From an uncultured Chloroflexia bacterium (GTDB lineage: Bacteria; Chloroflexota; Limnocylindria; QHBO01): a stretch of DNA of 64,000 nt. Under the pieces are notes generated by a model. That model saw nothing but the letters and a program-made list of their open reading frames with translations, was not told the DNA's origin and made no database searches. Numbering within the stretch: position 1 is the stretch's first letter; each line of letters starts with the position of its first letter. The translations under genes and the position numbers were made by a program. The stretch covers positions 216,538 through 280,537 of the forward strand of contig CAVXEH010000014.1 of assembly GCA_963760875.1 (NCBI GenBank). Direction: 5' to 3'. Below, one piece after another: positions 55,536-64,000 of this stretch.

Positions 55536-57532
55536 TTCCCTACGGTGATGGTGAGCTGGGTGGTCAGCGGGGCACCGCCCGGGGGAGTGCCGGCGATGGA
55601 GACACGGTAGTCGCCTGCCTGCGCGGTGGTGTCCGCCACGAAGTGACCGGGCTCCAGCTCGCGCGGCGTGAGCGAAGCGAGCGGCGCGTCCGCCGGTCCG
55701 AATTCGAGCTCCACGCTGGGCACCGGAAGCTCGTTCCCGGCGGGGTCGAAGAACGTGACGTGAAGCTCGTTGGCTCCGGGTGTCCCCGGATCCAGGTAGA
55801 CCTGCACCGTGTTACCCCCGCCGAGGTGCACGGTGTACAGCGTGGGCAGGCCGGGCACCTGGTTCACGTCGATCGATGGCTGTGACGTGCGGGTGGTGAG
55901 ATCGAACGCGACCTCCACCGTCCGAGCTCCGCCGGCTATCTGGGCCGTGACCTTCCAGGCGCCGTCGATCGAGAGGTTGGCACCCGTGGCGGTGTAGACG
56001 CCCGGGTCGCTCTCGGCGAGCGCCAGCTGGCTGGTCCCGACGTCGGGCCGGCTCGGAATCGTGAACCGCAGGGTCACGTTCCGTCCGGGAAGCGCGTCAC
56101 CGCTGTCGTAATCGGTGAGCGCCAGGCGGAAGGTGTTGAAGCCCGCGGCGCCGGGGCTGACCTCGAGCCGAGCCTTCACGGTCGTGCCAAAGTCGTGCCC
56201 GCTCACCGCCAGGGGGGTCTCCGCCGACGAAGATGCGCCGGATCCCGCAGCCTGGACGGGCGGAGCCAGGTTGACCAGCGTCGCGGAGAGGACGAGCACG
56301 ACGGCGCCGATCGCCAGCTCCGAGCCTCCCACGACCCGGAGGCCACGGAGCGTCCGCGACGCGCGGGGCGCATTGCGGAAATGGTTGACCGCACCCAGCC
56401 CCGCCAGGGCAACGATGAGCGCGGATTTCGCGACGACCACCAGGCCGAACCCAGTGGTGAAGAGCGCGTCGAGCGACCCGACCTCCGCGATGGCGCGCAG
56501 CAGGCCGGTGCCGGCCACCAGCGCGATCCCGACCGTCGCGCTCCATGCGAAACGGCGCGCGGCCCGGCCGCTCACCTCACCCGGGACGCCGGGGATGGTG
56601 AGGAGCAGCGCCAGCAGGCCGCCCAGCCAGGTGCCCGCCGCGGCGATGTGCAGCCATTGCACGGCGACCTCCAGCGGGACCAGGTCGCCCGCGGCCGCGT
56701 GGCTGGCCAGGGCATCGGACAGCATGGCCGCGGCTCCCAGCACACCCAGGCCCATGAGCGTCCACCGGCCACGCAGGCTCCGCCGGACGAGCCCAATGAC
56801 GACGAGCACCCCGCCGGCGGCGACCGGGACCGCCCGGAGCAATGCCGCCGACCCGATGGAGGTGCCAAGCGCGGATACGAGCCCCACCCCTGAGTCGCTG
56901 ACCTGGACTCCGACCACCATCGCGGTGCCGATGGCGATCGCCGCCCACGCGGCGACCTCGAGCCCTCCGGCTCGCGGCGGCGGGCTGGCGTAGGCGAAGA
57001 GCGCGACGAAGGCGGTTCCCAGCGCAAGGAGCAGCCCCAGGTAGAGCAGCCAGCGGCCGATCACCGCGAAGGGCGAGACCGCCGACGACCCGCTGGCCTG
57101 CACGCTGCCCGAGCTGGACCCGGTCGGAGGTGGCGGCGCGCTGCCTACCCCGAACGCGTACGAGCCGGCGGCGAGATGCCCGTCCACCGTGGACAGCGTC
57201 CGCCAGGCCACGGTGTACACGCCGTTCGGCAGCGACCCGACCGCCACCGTGAGATCCCGTGGCTTCCCGGGGACCGCGTTGGTCGGTCCAGTGGAGACCG
57301 CCGTTCCCGAGGCATCCAGGACCTTGATGGTCGAGAGCTTGGGGTCCGGGGTCTCGGTGAAGGTGATGGTCACCTCGGCCGGCGCGGTGGCGAGGTTCGC
57401 GCCGGGCGCGGGGCTGGCCGAGACGAGCAGGGCGTGGGCACTGGCTCGCGCGGGAGCAAGGCAGAGCAGCAGCCCCGCGGCGATCGTCGTCGCGAGGGCT
57501 GCTGCCCGGACCCGTCCTGCCGTTGGCGTCAT
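55532..57532 (-). CDS. Copper resistance CopC-CopD fusion protein with a C-terminal extracytoplasmic domain.
   Basis: Signal peptide, then mature HALLVSASPAPGA (CopC His1 motif). Eight or more TM helices (CopD). C-terminal YtkA-like domain. Confidence 0.75.
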   Translation of the reverse strand: MTPTAGRVRAAALATTIAAGLLLCLAPARASAHALLVSASPAPGANLATAPAEVTITFTETPDPKLSTIKVLDASGTAVSTGPTNAVPGKPRDLTVAVGSLPNGVYTVAWRTLSTVDGHLAAGSYAFGVGSAPPPPTGSSSGSVQASGSSAVSPFAVIGRWLLYLGLLLALGTAFVALFAYASPPPRAGGLEVAAWAAIAIGTAMVVGVQVSDSGVGLVSALGTSIGSAALLRAVPVAAGGVLVVIGLVRRSLRGRWTLMGLGVLGAAAMLSDALASHAAAGDLVPLEVAVQWLHIAAAGTWLGGLLALLLTIPGVPGEVSGRAARRFAWSATVGIALVAGTGLLRAIAEVGSLDALFTTGFGLVVVAKSALIVALAGLGAVNHFRNAPRASRTLRGLRVVGGSELAIGAVVLVLSATLVNLAPPVQAAGSGASSSAETPLAVSGHDFGTTVKARLEVSPGAAGFNTFRLALTDYDSGDALPGRNVTLRFTIPSRPDVGTSQLALAESDPGVYTATGANLSIDGAWKVTAQIAGGARTVEVAFDLTTRTSQPSIDVNQVPGLPTLYTVHLGGGNTVQVYLDPGTPGANELHVTFFDPAGNELPVPSVELEFGPADAPLASLTPRELEPGHFVADTTAQAGDYRVSIAGTPPGGAPLTTQLTITVGK

Positions 57533-57545
57533 CGGCGTGGGTGGC

Positions 57546-58217
57546 TCAGCCGACGGTTGCCCGCGGTCGCCGCCAGGCGACGGCCAGGGCCACCAGGCCC
57601 ACCACGATCCCCACGCCCCCAACCGCGCCTCCGACCACCAGGGCCAGCGTGGCGCGCGATGCGGCGTCATCGGCGCTGGTGCCGGCCGATCCCGCACGCG
57701 AGTCCACCCGGTCGATCCGGGTCACCACGTCGCCCATGGCGGGAAGCTGGTCGGGGAACTGGATGGCGGTGGGCTCCACCGCGGCGTCGAAGGTGGACTC
57801 CGAGGAGGTCACCGTTTCATCGATGGCCGTGTCATGGATCTTGCCGCTGACGTGGAACGTGTAGTCACCCGGCGCGGTGGGGATGAGGGGTGCCTCATAG
57901 TCGCCGGGGATACCCAGGCCGGTGTCCTCGTCGTAGGTCGGCGCCAGCGACATGGGGTCGGAGTCCTGCCCACCGGTGCTGACCACCACGGTCATGTCAT
58001 CGGGGCTCAGGTCGTCGACCGGGTTGCCGTTCGCGTCCTTGATGACGACCTGGACGGCATTCTGCTCGCCGACGTAGGTGGGTTCCTTCACCCAGCCGAT
58101 GGCGACGGTGTACGGACCCACCTGCTTCACGACGTGGGCCGCGACGAGCGATGCGACCCCCAGCGAGAAGGCTGCGGCCAGGGCGCAAGCCGCGACCCAG
58201 CGCACGCGTGCGGACAT
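57546..58217 (-). CDS. YcnI-like (DUF1775) copper-binding membrane-anchored protein.
   Basis: Signal peptide ending ...AAH-VVKQVGPYTV (mature N-terminal His). C-terminal TM. Co-located with copCD. Confidence 0.5.
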   Translation of the reverse strand: MSARVRWVAACALAAAFSLGVASLVAAHVVKQVGPYTVAIGWVKEPTYVGEQNAVQVVIKDANGNPVDDLSPDDMTVVVSTGGQDSDPMSLAPTYDEDTGLGIPGDYEAPLIPTAPGDYTFHVSGKIHDTAIDETVTSSESTFDAAVEPTAIQFPDQLPAMGDVVTRIDRVDSRAGSAGTSADDAASRATLALVVGGAVGGVGIVVGLVALAVAWRRPRATVG

Positions 58218-58316
58218 TCGGTGCTACCTCGTGCTCGGTTCGTCGAGTGGGGTCCGACGCGCGAGCGCGTCAGACCAGCCGGCGGCGAGGCGCTGGGCTA
58301 CGGGACGTTTCGGGCG

Positions 58317-58991
58317 TCACCCGAACGGCAGACCGGTGCCTCGCACTCCGAGCACGGGCGGAGCTCGTCCCCCGATGCGGCGGGCGAGCGGCGTCGCAGC
58401 CGGGCGCACCGGCTCGAAGGTGCGCCGCAGCCCATGCGGGTCGGGGCGCCGGAGGCGGGCGCGGAGGCAGGCCCGCGAGGCCAGCACCTCGTGGCGCCAG
58501 CGATACAGGGTCGCGACCGAGGCCACGAGGCCCGCGATCGACGCGAAGATGCCCAGGACCGCAGGCGAAGCCGGGAATCCGAGCAGGACCCCAAGGCCGG
58601 GCAGCGGCAGGCCCACGGCGTGGCGCTCCCAGTTCTCCGAGGCGACGAAGAGGGCAAGGGCGACCAGTCCAATGACCACCCAGATGCGTGCCGCGCCGCG
58701 GAGCAGCTCCGACCACCGCGCGCCTCGGGCGGTCGACGAGGCCCCCGCCGGCGCCGACGCGGCGAGCTGGCGGAGCACCCACAGGCGCCGGGCGGCGAGC
58801 GTGAGGATCGCAAGGCTGATGCCGATAGCGCTGAACACCGTCACCGCCCACAGCTCGCCGTGACCGGTGCGCGCCATGGCGCTGCGGAAGTCCGCGCCGT
58901 ACATGGCCAGGTAGAGGACGTCGTGGGCCAGCACGAAGGTGGCGAATCCCATGCCGCCCATGGCGAGAACGGAGTCGCGGCGTCCGGTCAC
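58317..58991 (-). CDS. Hypothetical membrane protein.
   Basis: Four TM helices. High GC3. Confidence 0.45.
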   Translation of the reverse strand: MTGRRDSVLAMGGMGFATFVLAHDVLYLAMYGADFRSAMARTGHGELWAVTVFSAIGISLAILTLAARRLWVLRQLAASAPAGASSTARGARWSELLRGAARIWVVIGLVALALFVASENWERHAVGLPLPGLGVLLGFPASPAVLGIFASIAGLVASVATLYRWRHEVLASRACLRARLRRPDPHGLRRTFEPVRPAATPLARRIGGRAPPVLGVRGTGLPFG

Positions 58992-60490
58992 TCGAGAAGG
59001 GTAGTCGAAAAGACGCGACGGTAGATGTCCTGGCCGTGGCTGGTGGGCAGCGGTTCCCCGGGCACGATCCGGAACGTGCGCGTGCCGTCCGGCAGGCGCT
59101 CGGCACGCAGGAAGGCCGCCTGCCCGTCCACATGTTCATGCAGCGTGGCTGCCAGGTCGAACATGTGCGTCACGTAGGCGACCTTGACGCCGCTCTCCAG
59201 GAGAGCCTGCACGATCTGGCGGCCGATCTCCGATCCCTCGCGCTCGTTCGTGGATGCGAAGGACTCGTTGAGCAGGACCAGCCCGCCGCGGCCGACGGCA
59301 TCCACGATCGCGCTCATCCGGCCCAGCTCTTCGTCGAGCTTGCCACTGCGCAGGGCGGCGTCCTCCTCGCGCTTGAAGTGCGTGAAGACGGCGTCGCGCA
59401 CATCGGCCCGGAACGCCTCGGCCGGGACGAACATGCCGGCCTGCATCATGAGCTGGGCCACGCCCAGGCTCCGCAGGAAGGTCGACTTGCCTCCGCGGTT
59501 GGCCCCGGTCACCACCACGAGCGGCATGCCATCGGCATCGACGTCGCTGCCCGTCACCCGACCCTCGCCCATGGCGAGGCTCAGCGGGGCGTCGTACAGG
59601 GCCCGGGCCGTGAGCACCGGCGAACCGGCCGCCATCGGCTCGGGCATGCAGGTTGGCTCGCCCTTGCTGCGCAGGGCATCGGCAAGGTTGACGCATCCAA
59701 GATAGAAGCCCAGCTCGGCGCGGAGCTGGGCGAAGTAGCTGACGATGTGGTCGGTCGACTCGCCCACGGCACTCGCCGCCAGCGCAATGCCGCGGCCGCG
59801 CAGGGCCCCCAGGGCTTCCGCCCCGGCGGTGTCGCGGGGGTCGAGCTCCCACGTGTAGCTCTCCTCCCCTGCCAGGCCGATGCGCTCCCGCCACCCGCCG
59901 CGTCCAACCGGACGTCGCAGCACGTAGGCAGTGTCGGGGTTCGCAGGCCCCAGGGTCGCCGACAGGATCACCCCGCCATGGAACCGCAGCCGCCGCAGGT
60001 GCTCCTCGACGGCACCCAGGTACGCCTCGCCCAGCTCATCCTGGAGCTCGGAGAAGAGGCGGCGGAAGCCAGGCGATTCGAAGACGTGCTCCTGCTCCCG
60101 CGCGATCTCGCGCATCCGGCGCAGGGCCACGACGAAGTGCCCCAGCAGCTCGATGGACCGATGGAGCAGCGACTCGGGATAGCGGGTCGAGTAGATCCAG
60201 TGCCTGCGTTCCTCCTCCACCGCGTCGACCGCGATCGAGTACAGCTCGCGCGCGACATCGGGGTGAGCGAGGCAGTCGGCCAGGACCGCCTGGCGGTACC
60301 GGATCGCATCGGGGTCGTGGAGGCTGTCCAGCAACGTGTGGCTCGCGACTCCGTGCAGGTACTTGTCGCCGGCGCCCATGGCACGCAGCAGGATGCCCAG
60401 GCCAAGATCGGCCAGCAGGGCATCGGCGTTGGCCGGCAACGCCGCCTCCGGGTCCAGGTCGCGATCGGCAAATGCCAGGCGCACCTTCAT
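58988..60490 (-). CDS. MutS-family ATPase (domains III/V only; no mismatch-binding or Smr domain), paralog B.
   Basis: Walker A VVVTGANRGGKSTFLRS. ABC-like signature/Walker B LVLLNESFASTNEREG. Start overlaps the upstream paralog's stop. Confidence 0.75.
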   Translation of the reverse strand: MKVRLAFADRDLDPEAALPANADALLADLGLGILLRAMGAGDKYLHGVASHTLLDSLHDPDAIRYRQAVLADCLAHPDVARELYSIAVDAVEEERRHWIYSTRYPESLLHRSIELLGHFVVALRRMREIAREQEHVFESPGFRRLFSELQDELGEAYLGAVEEHLRRLRFHGGVILSATLGPANPDTAYVLRRPVGRGGWRERIGLAGEESYTWELDPRDTAGAEALGALRGRGIALAASAVGESTDHIVSYFAQLRAELGFYLGCVNLADALRSKGEPTCMPEPMAAGSPVLTARALYDAPLSLAMGEGRVTGSDVDADGMPLVVVTGANRGGKSTFLRSLGVAQLMMQAGMFVPAEAFRADVRDAVFTHFKREEDAALRSGKLDEELGRMSAIVDAVGRGGLVLLNESFASTNEREGSEIGRQIVQALLESGVKVAYVTHMFDLAATLHEHVDGQAAFLRAERLPDGTRTFRIVPGEPLPTSHGQDIYRRVFSTTLLE

Positions 60491-62088
60491 CCGGACAGCC
60501 GCGCCTTCACGCTCGGGTAGGTGAGCCCGTGCCTTTCGGCAATGGCCATGGCGTAGGCGAGGCCATCCGGGGGACGTCGGACGATCCGGAATGTCCGGGG
60601 CGCGTCATCGCCCGGTTCGACGGTGCTGACCATGCTCACGATGGCCGTGTCCAGGGCAACCAGCTCATCCAGGAAGGTGACGACCACGCAGCGCAGGCCA
60701 CAGTGGAGGATTCGGCGCATGACCTGCGCGCCGATGAAGCGCTGGTCGTCGACGGTGGTGGAGCTGAAGCTCTCGTTCATGATCACCAGGCTCGACGCCG
60801 TGGCCTGCTCCAGGATGGCCCGGATCCGGCGCAGGTCGTCCTCCAGCTTGCTGCTGAGGTCCTCGACCTGCTCAGCACGTTCGAAGTGGGTGAAGATCTG
60901 GTCCACCAGCGACACGCGTGCCGATTCGCCGGGGACCGGCATGCCCAGCCGGGCCAGGTGATGCAGCTGGCCGACGGCGCGGGCGAAGGTCGTCTTGCCG
61001 CCCTGGTTCGGGCCCGACACGAGCACGACCCGCTCGTCGCCCCGCAATGCGATGTCGTTGCGGATGACGGGCGTCCGGCTGCCCAGCAGCGAGCCCGCGA
61101 GCGCCAGATCGAACATGCCGCTGGCGAGCATGCCCGGGCCCGTCTCGTCCACCCGTGGATAGCAGAACGGCAGGCCTAGCTCGCCCTCCACGCGTTCCAC
61201 GTGGTCGTGGACCGCGAGGTACCAGCGAATCTCGCGGTCGAAGCGATCGATGACGGGATCCAGGAACTCGGCGTTCCTGCTGGCGTACCCGTGCAGCGTC
61301 TCGAAGGCGCCGGGATGCAGCCGGGCGACACGGTCCAGGATGGCGGCCTCCACGTGGTTCATGTCCGACCCGGTGTCGAAGCGCCACCCGTAGGGTTTCG
61401 CCGTCCCCTGACGGAACTTCTCGAAGGCCTGGAGCACCTCAGCGCTGTAATCGGGCTCTTCGCGGGCGCGGGTGACGGTGACCCGCGGGCCATGGATGCG
61501 CATCCGGTAGCTGACGCCGGCGATCGAGGCCCGCGTGCGTCGCGTGTCCTCGACGGGAGCAGTGAACGCCTGCGAGCGAACGTACGCCGCGAGATGATCC
61601 CGGAACCCCCGCAGACCAGCAGAGCGCAGGTCTGCGGGAGCCAGCCCCCGGCCAAGCGTCATGACGGCCTCCTGGTACGCGTCCACGGCGCTCAGCAGCC
61701 AGCGCTCGCGATCGAAGTCGTGGTGGCTCTTCTGGGCGTGGCCCAGACGCCGCCGAACGGCCTGCATCGACTCGCCGAAGTCGCGCAGCGCGGCCAGCGC
61801 GGCCTCGTCCTCGAGGTCGCGGAACACGTCCTGGCGGTACGTGATCGCGGCGACATCGGTCAGGGGAACCCGGAAGACCCAGGCCAGCTCGCGGCTGCCG
61901 GCATCGGCCAGGATCGAGCGCTCGATGTCGTCGAGGTGCAGATCGCCAAAGTACGGCGGTTCCGCCGGCACGCTCGTGGGCGTGCGGCCGCCGGCCCCGG
62001 GAAACAGGATGCTGTGGAATGGCGTGGGATCCACCTCTTCGCCGTCGGTCGAGGGCGGCCCCGGAAACGAAACGGCTCCCGGAGCCAT
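60487..62088 (-). CDS. MutS-family ATPase (domains III/V only), paralog A.
   Basis: VLVSGPNQGGKTTFARAVGQ...LVIMNESFSSTTVDDQ. Confidence 0.75.
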   Translation of the reverse strand: MAPGAVSFPGPPSTDGEEVDPTPFHSILFPGAGGRTPTSVPAEPPYFGDLHLDDIERSILADAGSRELAWVFRVPLTDVAAITYRQDVFRDLEDEAALAALRDFGESMQAVRRRLGHAQKSHHDFDRERWLLSAVDAYQEAVMTLGRGLAPADLRSAGLRGFRDHLAAYVRSQAFTAPVEDTRRTRASIAGVSYRMRIHGPRVTVTRAREEPDYSAEVLQAFEKFRQGTAKPYGWRFDTGSDMNHVEAAILDRVARLHPGAFETLHGYASRNAEFLDPVIDRFDREIRWYLAVHDHVERVEGELGLPFCYPRVDETGPGMLASGMFDLALAGSLLGSRTPVIRNDIALRGDERVVLVSGPNQGGKTTFARAVGQLHHLARLGMPVPGESARVSLVDQIFTHFERAEQVEDLSSKLEDDLRRIRAILEQATASSLVIMNESFSSTTVDDQRFIGAQVMRRILHCGLRCVVVTFLDELVALDTAIVSMVSTVEPGDDAPRTFRIVRRPPDGLAYAMAIAERHGLTYPSVKARLSG

Positions 62089-62178
62089 GCTCCAGAAGCC
62101 ATCACCCGTCAGACGGGAAACATCGCGAGCTTCATCGCGTATCGATTGGGCGGATTGTTCTGCCCGGTAGCGTGGGTG

Positions 62179-62586
62179 TCAACTCGGAGGAGCAGCGGCC
62201 TCGCGCACCACGGTGGCGTCGCCTCCACGCGCCGACAGCCCGCCGGCGGCCAGCCACAACGGCGTCAGCACGAACGGAACCTGGCCGAGCACGCCGACGA
62301 CGTTGCCAGCCGCCAGGCCGATGCCCAGCACGGCGAGGCCCACGGCAACCGGCGTCCTGCGCCCGACCAGCCAGCCCGTGACCACCAGGAGCGGCAACGC
62401 GAGGAGGATCCGTCCCCCGTTGTAGAGCGCGACCTCGCGCTGCCAGCTGGTCAGCGCACCGGCGGCGTCGAGCTGACCACCTGACGCCGAGAGGGCGAGG
62501 AAGAAGGCGGCCACTCCGGCTGCCGCCAGCAGACCCGCGGCAAGCAGCAGGCTCAGCACCGTCAGGCGCCTGACCTGATCGGCCAT
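62179..62586 (-). CDS. Hypothetical membrane protein. The start is uncertain; the ORF is open to 62811, overlapping the next gene.
   Basis: Multiple TM helices. Confidence 0.4.
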   Translation of the reverse strand: MADQVRRLTVLSLLLAAGLLAAAGVAAFFLALSASGGQLDAAGALTSWQREVALYNGGRILLALPLLVVTGWLVGRRTPVAVGLAVLGIGLAAGNVVGVLGQVPFVLTPLWLAAGGLSARGGDATVVREAAAPPS

Positions 62587-62587
62587 C

Positions 62588-63319
62588 TCACCAACGATCG
62601 CCGCGGCGCTCAGGCAGAGCGCTGCGACCGCCAGCACCCACAGGACATCCCCGACCTGCACGGCGGCGGCGTGGTCGCCGTAGTAGGCCAGGATGGCTGC
62701 CCCATCGGCGCTGCCAGAGGGTTGGCCGTGCCAGATGACCTCCTCGCACAGGGTGAAGGCCGCGGCCGCGAACACCCCGCTCGCAGCGGCAAGCCAGGCG
62801 AGGCGGCTCACGCGGGTCCGCCACCATGGCGTACTCCTCGATCAGCATCCAGGCCTTCCCGTCCATGGTGAATTCGTTGCGCCATCGGGCATGGGTTTTG
62901 TCGTCAATGATCCAGGTCAGGCGGATCCGAGGATAGCCCTCCGCGAGCGACTCGTACACGAGCCGATTCCCGTCGATGTGCCCGCGGAAGATGGACAGGT
63001 TGGGGCCGTTGTTGTCCGCGCTCGCGGCCCGGTACTCGCCGGCCATCCCGTCCCAGCCGGCGATCCAGTGCAGCCGCCAGGTCAGGACGAAGGTGCCATC
63101 CGCCAGGTGCTGGTCCTGCCCGAAGTCGCAGTCGTACCAGAGCCCGTCCTGGATGAGGCGGCAGGTCGCATGGCCTTCGCCGCTCATCTCCGGCGAGCCG
63201 GGGCCCATGCCGCCGGCCTGGATGGTGCCGGTCCAGCGCCAGTCGCGGTAGAAGGGGGCCAGTGCAGCCATCTCGGGGCCGGCCACCTTCGAGGCCGGCA
63301 GTGGAGCCGTGGTCGTCAT
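62588..63319 (-). CDS. DUF1579 domain protein with an odd Arg/Gly-rich C-terminal extension.
   Basis: WYDCDFGQD...FVLTWRLHWIAGWDGMAGEYRAA...NRLVYESL matches DUF1579. Confidence 0.5.
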   Translation of the reverse strand: MTTTAPLPASKVAGPEMAALAPFYRDWRWTGTIQAGGMGPGSPEMSGEGHATCRLIQDGLWYDCDFGQDQHLADGTFVLTWRLHWIAGWDGMAGEYRAASADNNGPNLSIFRGHIDGNRLVYESLAEGYPRIRLTWIIDDKTHARWRNEFTMDGKAWMLIEEYAMVADPREPPRLACRCERGVRGRGLHPVRGGHLARPTLWQRRWGSHPGLLRRPRRRRAGRGCPVGAGGRSALPERRGDRW

Positions 63320-63543
63320 GGCAGTCGATTCCCTGCGGGCGTCCGGCGGCGCATTGGGCGTCCCGCCTGCGCGCGCCCACCCGCGATCGTCCGGAGAGGC
63401 ACGTGCCCCAACCAGTGCTGGACGGCCCGCCACGAACGCATCCTTCGGCCTGCTGCCTCCACCCGGCCGATCTGTGCCGGATGCCTCTTGCGCCGATGCT
63501 GTAGGACCTGCATGGTTTGCGTGCTTACGCACATACGCAATCA

Positions 63544-64000
63544 GTGAGGTTGTCCGTGTCCGCCCGGTCCCGCTCGTCCCGTCAGCGCACCCGCATCCCC
63601 GTCCGTCGCCGTCCACCCTGGCTGCTGCTCGGCGGCGCCGTCGCCGCCCTGGCCATCGTCGGCGTGCTGGCCGTGGGCCTGCTGAGCGGACACGGCGTCA
63701 CCGAGATCAGCCCTGCCCAGCTCCAGGCGGAGCTCGCCACCAAGGACTTCACGCTGCTGAACGTGAAGACGCCCTACATCGGCGAGATCGAGGGCACGGA
63801 CCTGTGGATCCCCTACGACCAGCTCGCCGCCCGCACCGCAGAGCTGCCGTCCGACAAGTCGGCCAGGATCGTCGTGTACTGCCGAACCGGCAACGAGAGC
63901 AGCATCGCGGTGCAGACGCTCAGCAGCCTGGGCTACACGAACCTTGAGGAGCTGACTGGAGGCATGACGGCCTGGACGGCCGCCGGCGGCGCGTTGGTGA
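63544..64000 (+). CDS. Rhodanese-domain sulfurtransferase, partial (3' end beyond the window).
   Basis: N-terminal TM, then the rhodanese fold with active-site CRTGNES. GTG start. No stop before the window end. Confidence 0.65.
   Translation, partial: MRLSVSARSRSSRQRTRIPVRRRPPWLLLGGAVAALAIVGVLAVGLLSGHGVTEISPAQLQAELATKDFTLLNVKTPYIGEIEGTDLWIPYDQLAARTAELPSDKSARIVVYCRTGNESSIAVQTLSSLGYTNLEELTGGMTAWTAAGGALV

Noticed and set aside
1-64000. CRISPR arrays, rRNA genes, insertion sequences with transposase, additional tRNAs.
   Set aside because: No regularly spaced short repeats, no rRNA-like conserved stretches, no DDE/IS transposase motifs. The T-loop-type sequence (GGTTCGAATCC and its reverse complement) is found only at the 5930..6005 tRNA.

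Overview
This 64-kb window is very high-GC DNA (about 70%) with a dense, actinobacteria-like gene set: F420/deazaflavin-dependent enzymes, GT39/GT-C glycosyltransferases with Gly-rich loops, OmpR-type two-component systems and an ECF sigma factor. It also carries an archaeal-style four-subunit 2-oxoacid:ferredoxin oxidoreductase. I count about 70 protein genes and one tRNA. There is no rRNA and no CRISPR array. All domain assignments are by manual motif recognition; no database search or folding tool was run.

The left 9 kb or so is an accessory integration hotspot. A small mobilizable-element-like module sits there: Phd/YefM-like antitoxin domains, a VirD4/TraG-like coupling ATPase, a replication-relaxation protein and a large serine recombinase. 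The recombinase gene's 3' end overlaps an intact tRNA-Arg(TCG) gene on the minus strand. That tRNA is followed by a tandem array of two further partial copies of its 5' half plus promoter-side flank. The copies bracket a Fic-family gene (with an array of TTCGGTACGG operator-like repeats) and an orphan Phd-like gene next to degraded DNA.

The rest of the window is mostly chromosomal:
- MacB/FtsX-type and ABC-2 transporters, and a CAP-domain secreted protein.
- A korDABG operon.
- A candidate regulon marked by a thrice-repeated 18-nt motif (CGTAACCGARCCGAAAGG). It links GT-C/GT39 glycosyltransferases and a Ser/Thr-rich small protein to an ApbE-ferric-reductase-NuoF-like-ferredoxin redox operon that ends in its own OmpR/HK pair.
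- An arsR-arsM cassette flanked by 28-nt direct repeats.
- A VIT transporter, and CoA-transferase genes whose A subunit is frameshifted.
- An ECF sigma with a BNR beta-propeller anti-sigma factor, and a minimal K+ channel.
- A DUF4118 histidine kinase system with tandem paralogous secreted proteins.
- A copper cluster (lipoprotein-CopCD-YcnI-like), a tandem pair of MutS-domain-V-only ATPases, and a rhodanese gene that runs off the right edge.

Coordinates come from the supplied ORF track plus manual start refinement. Some starts may be off by a few codons.
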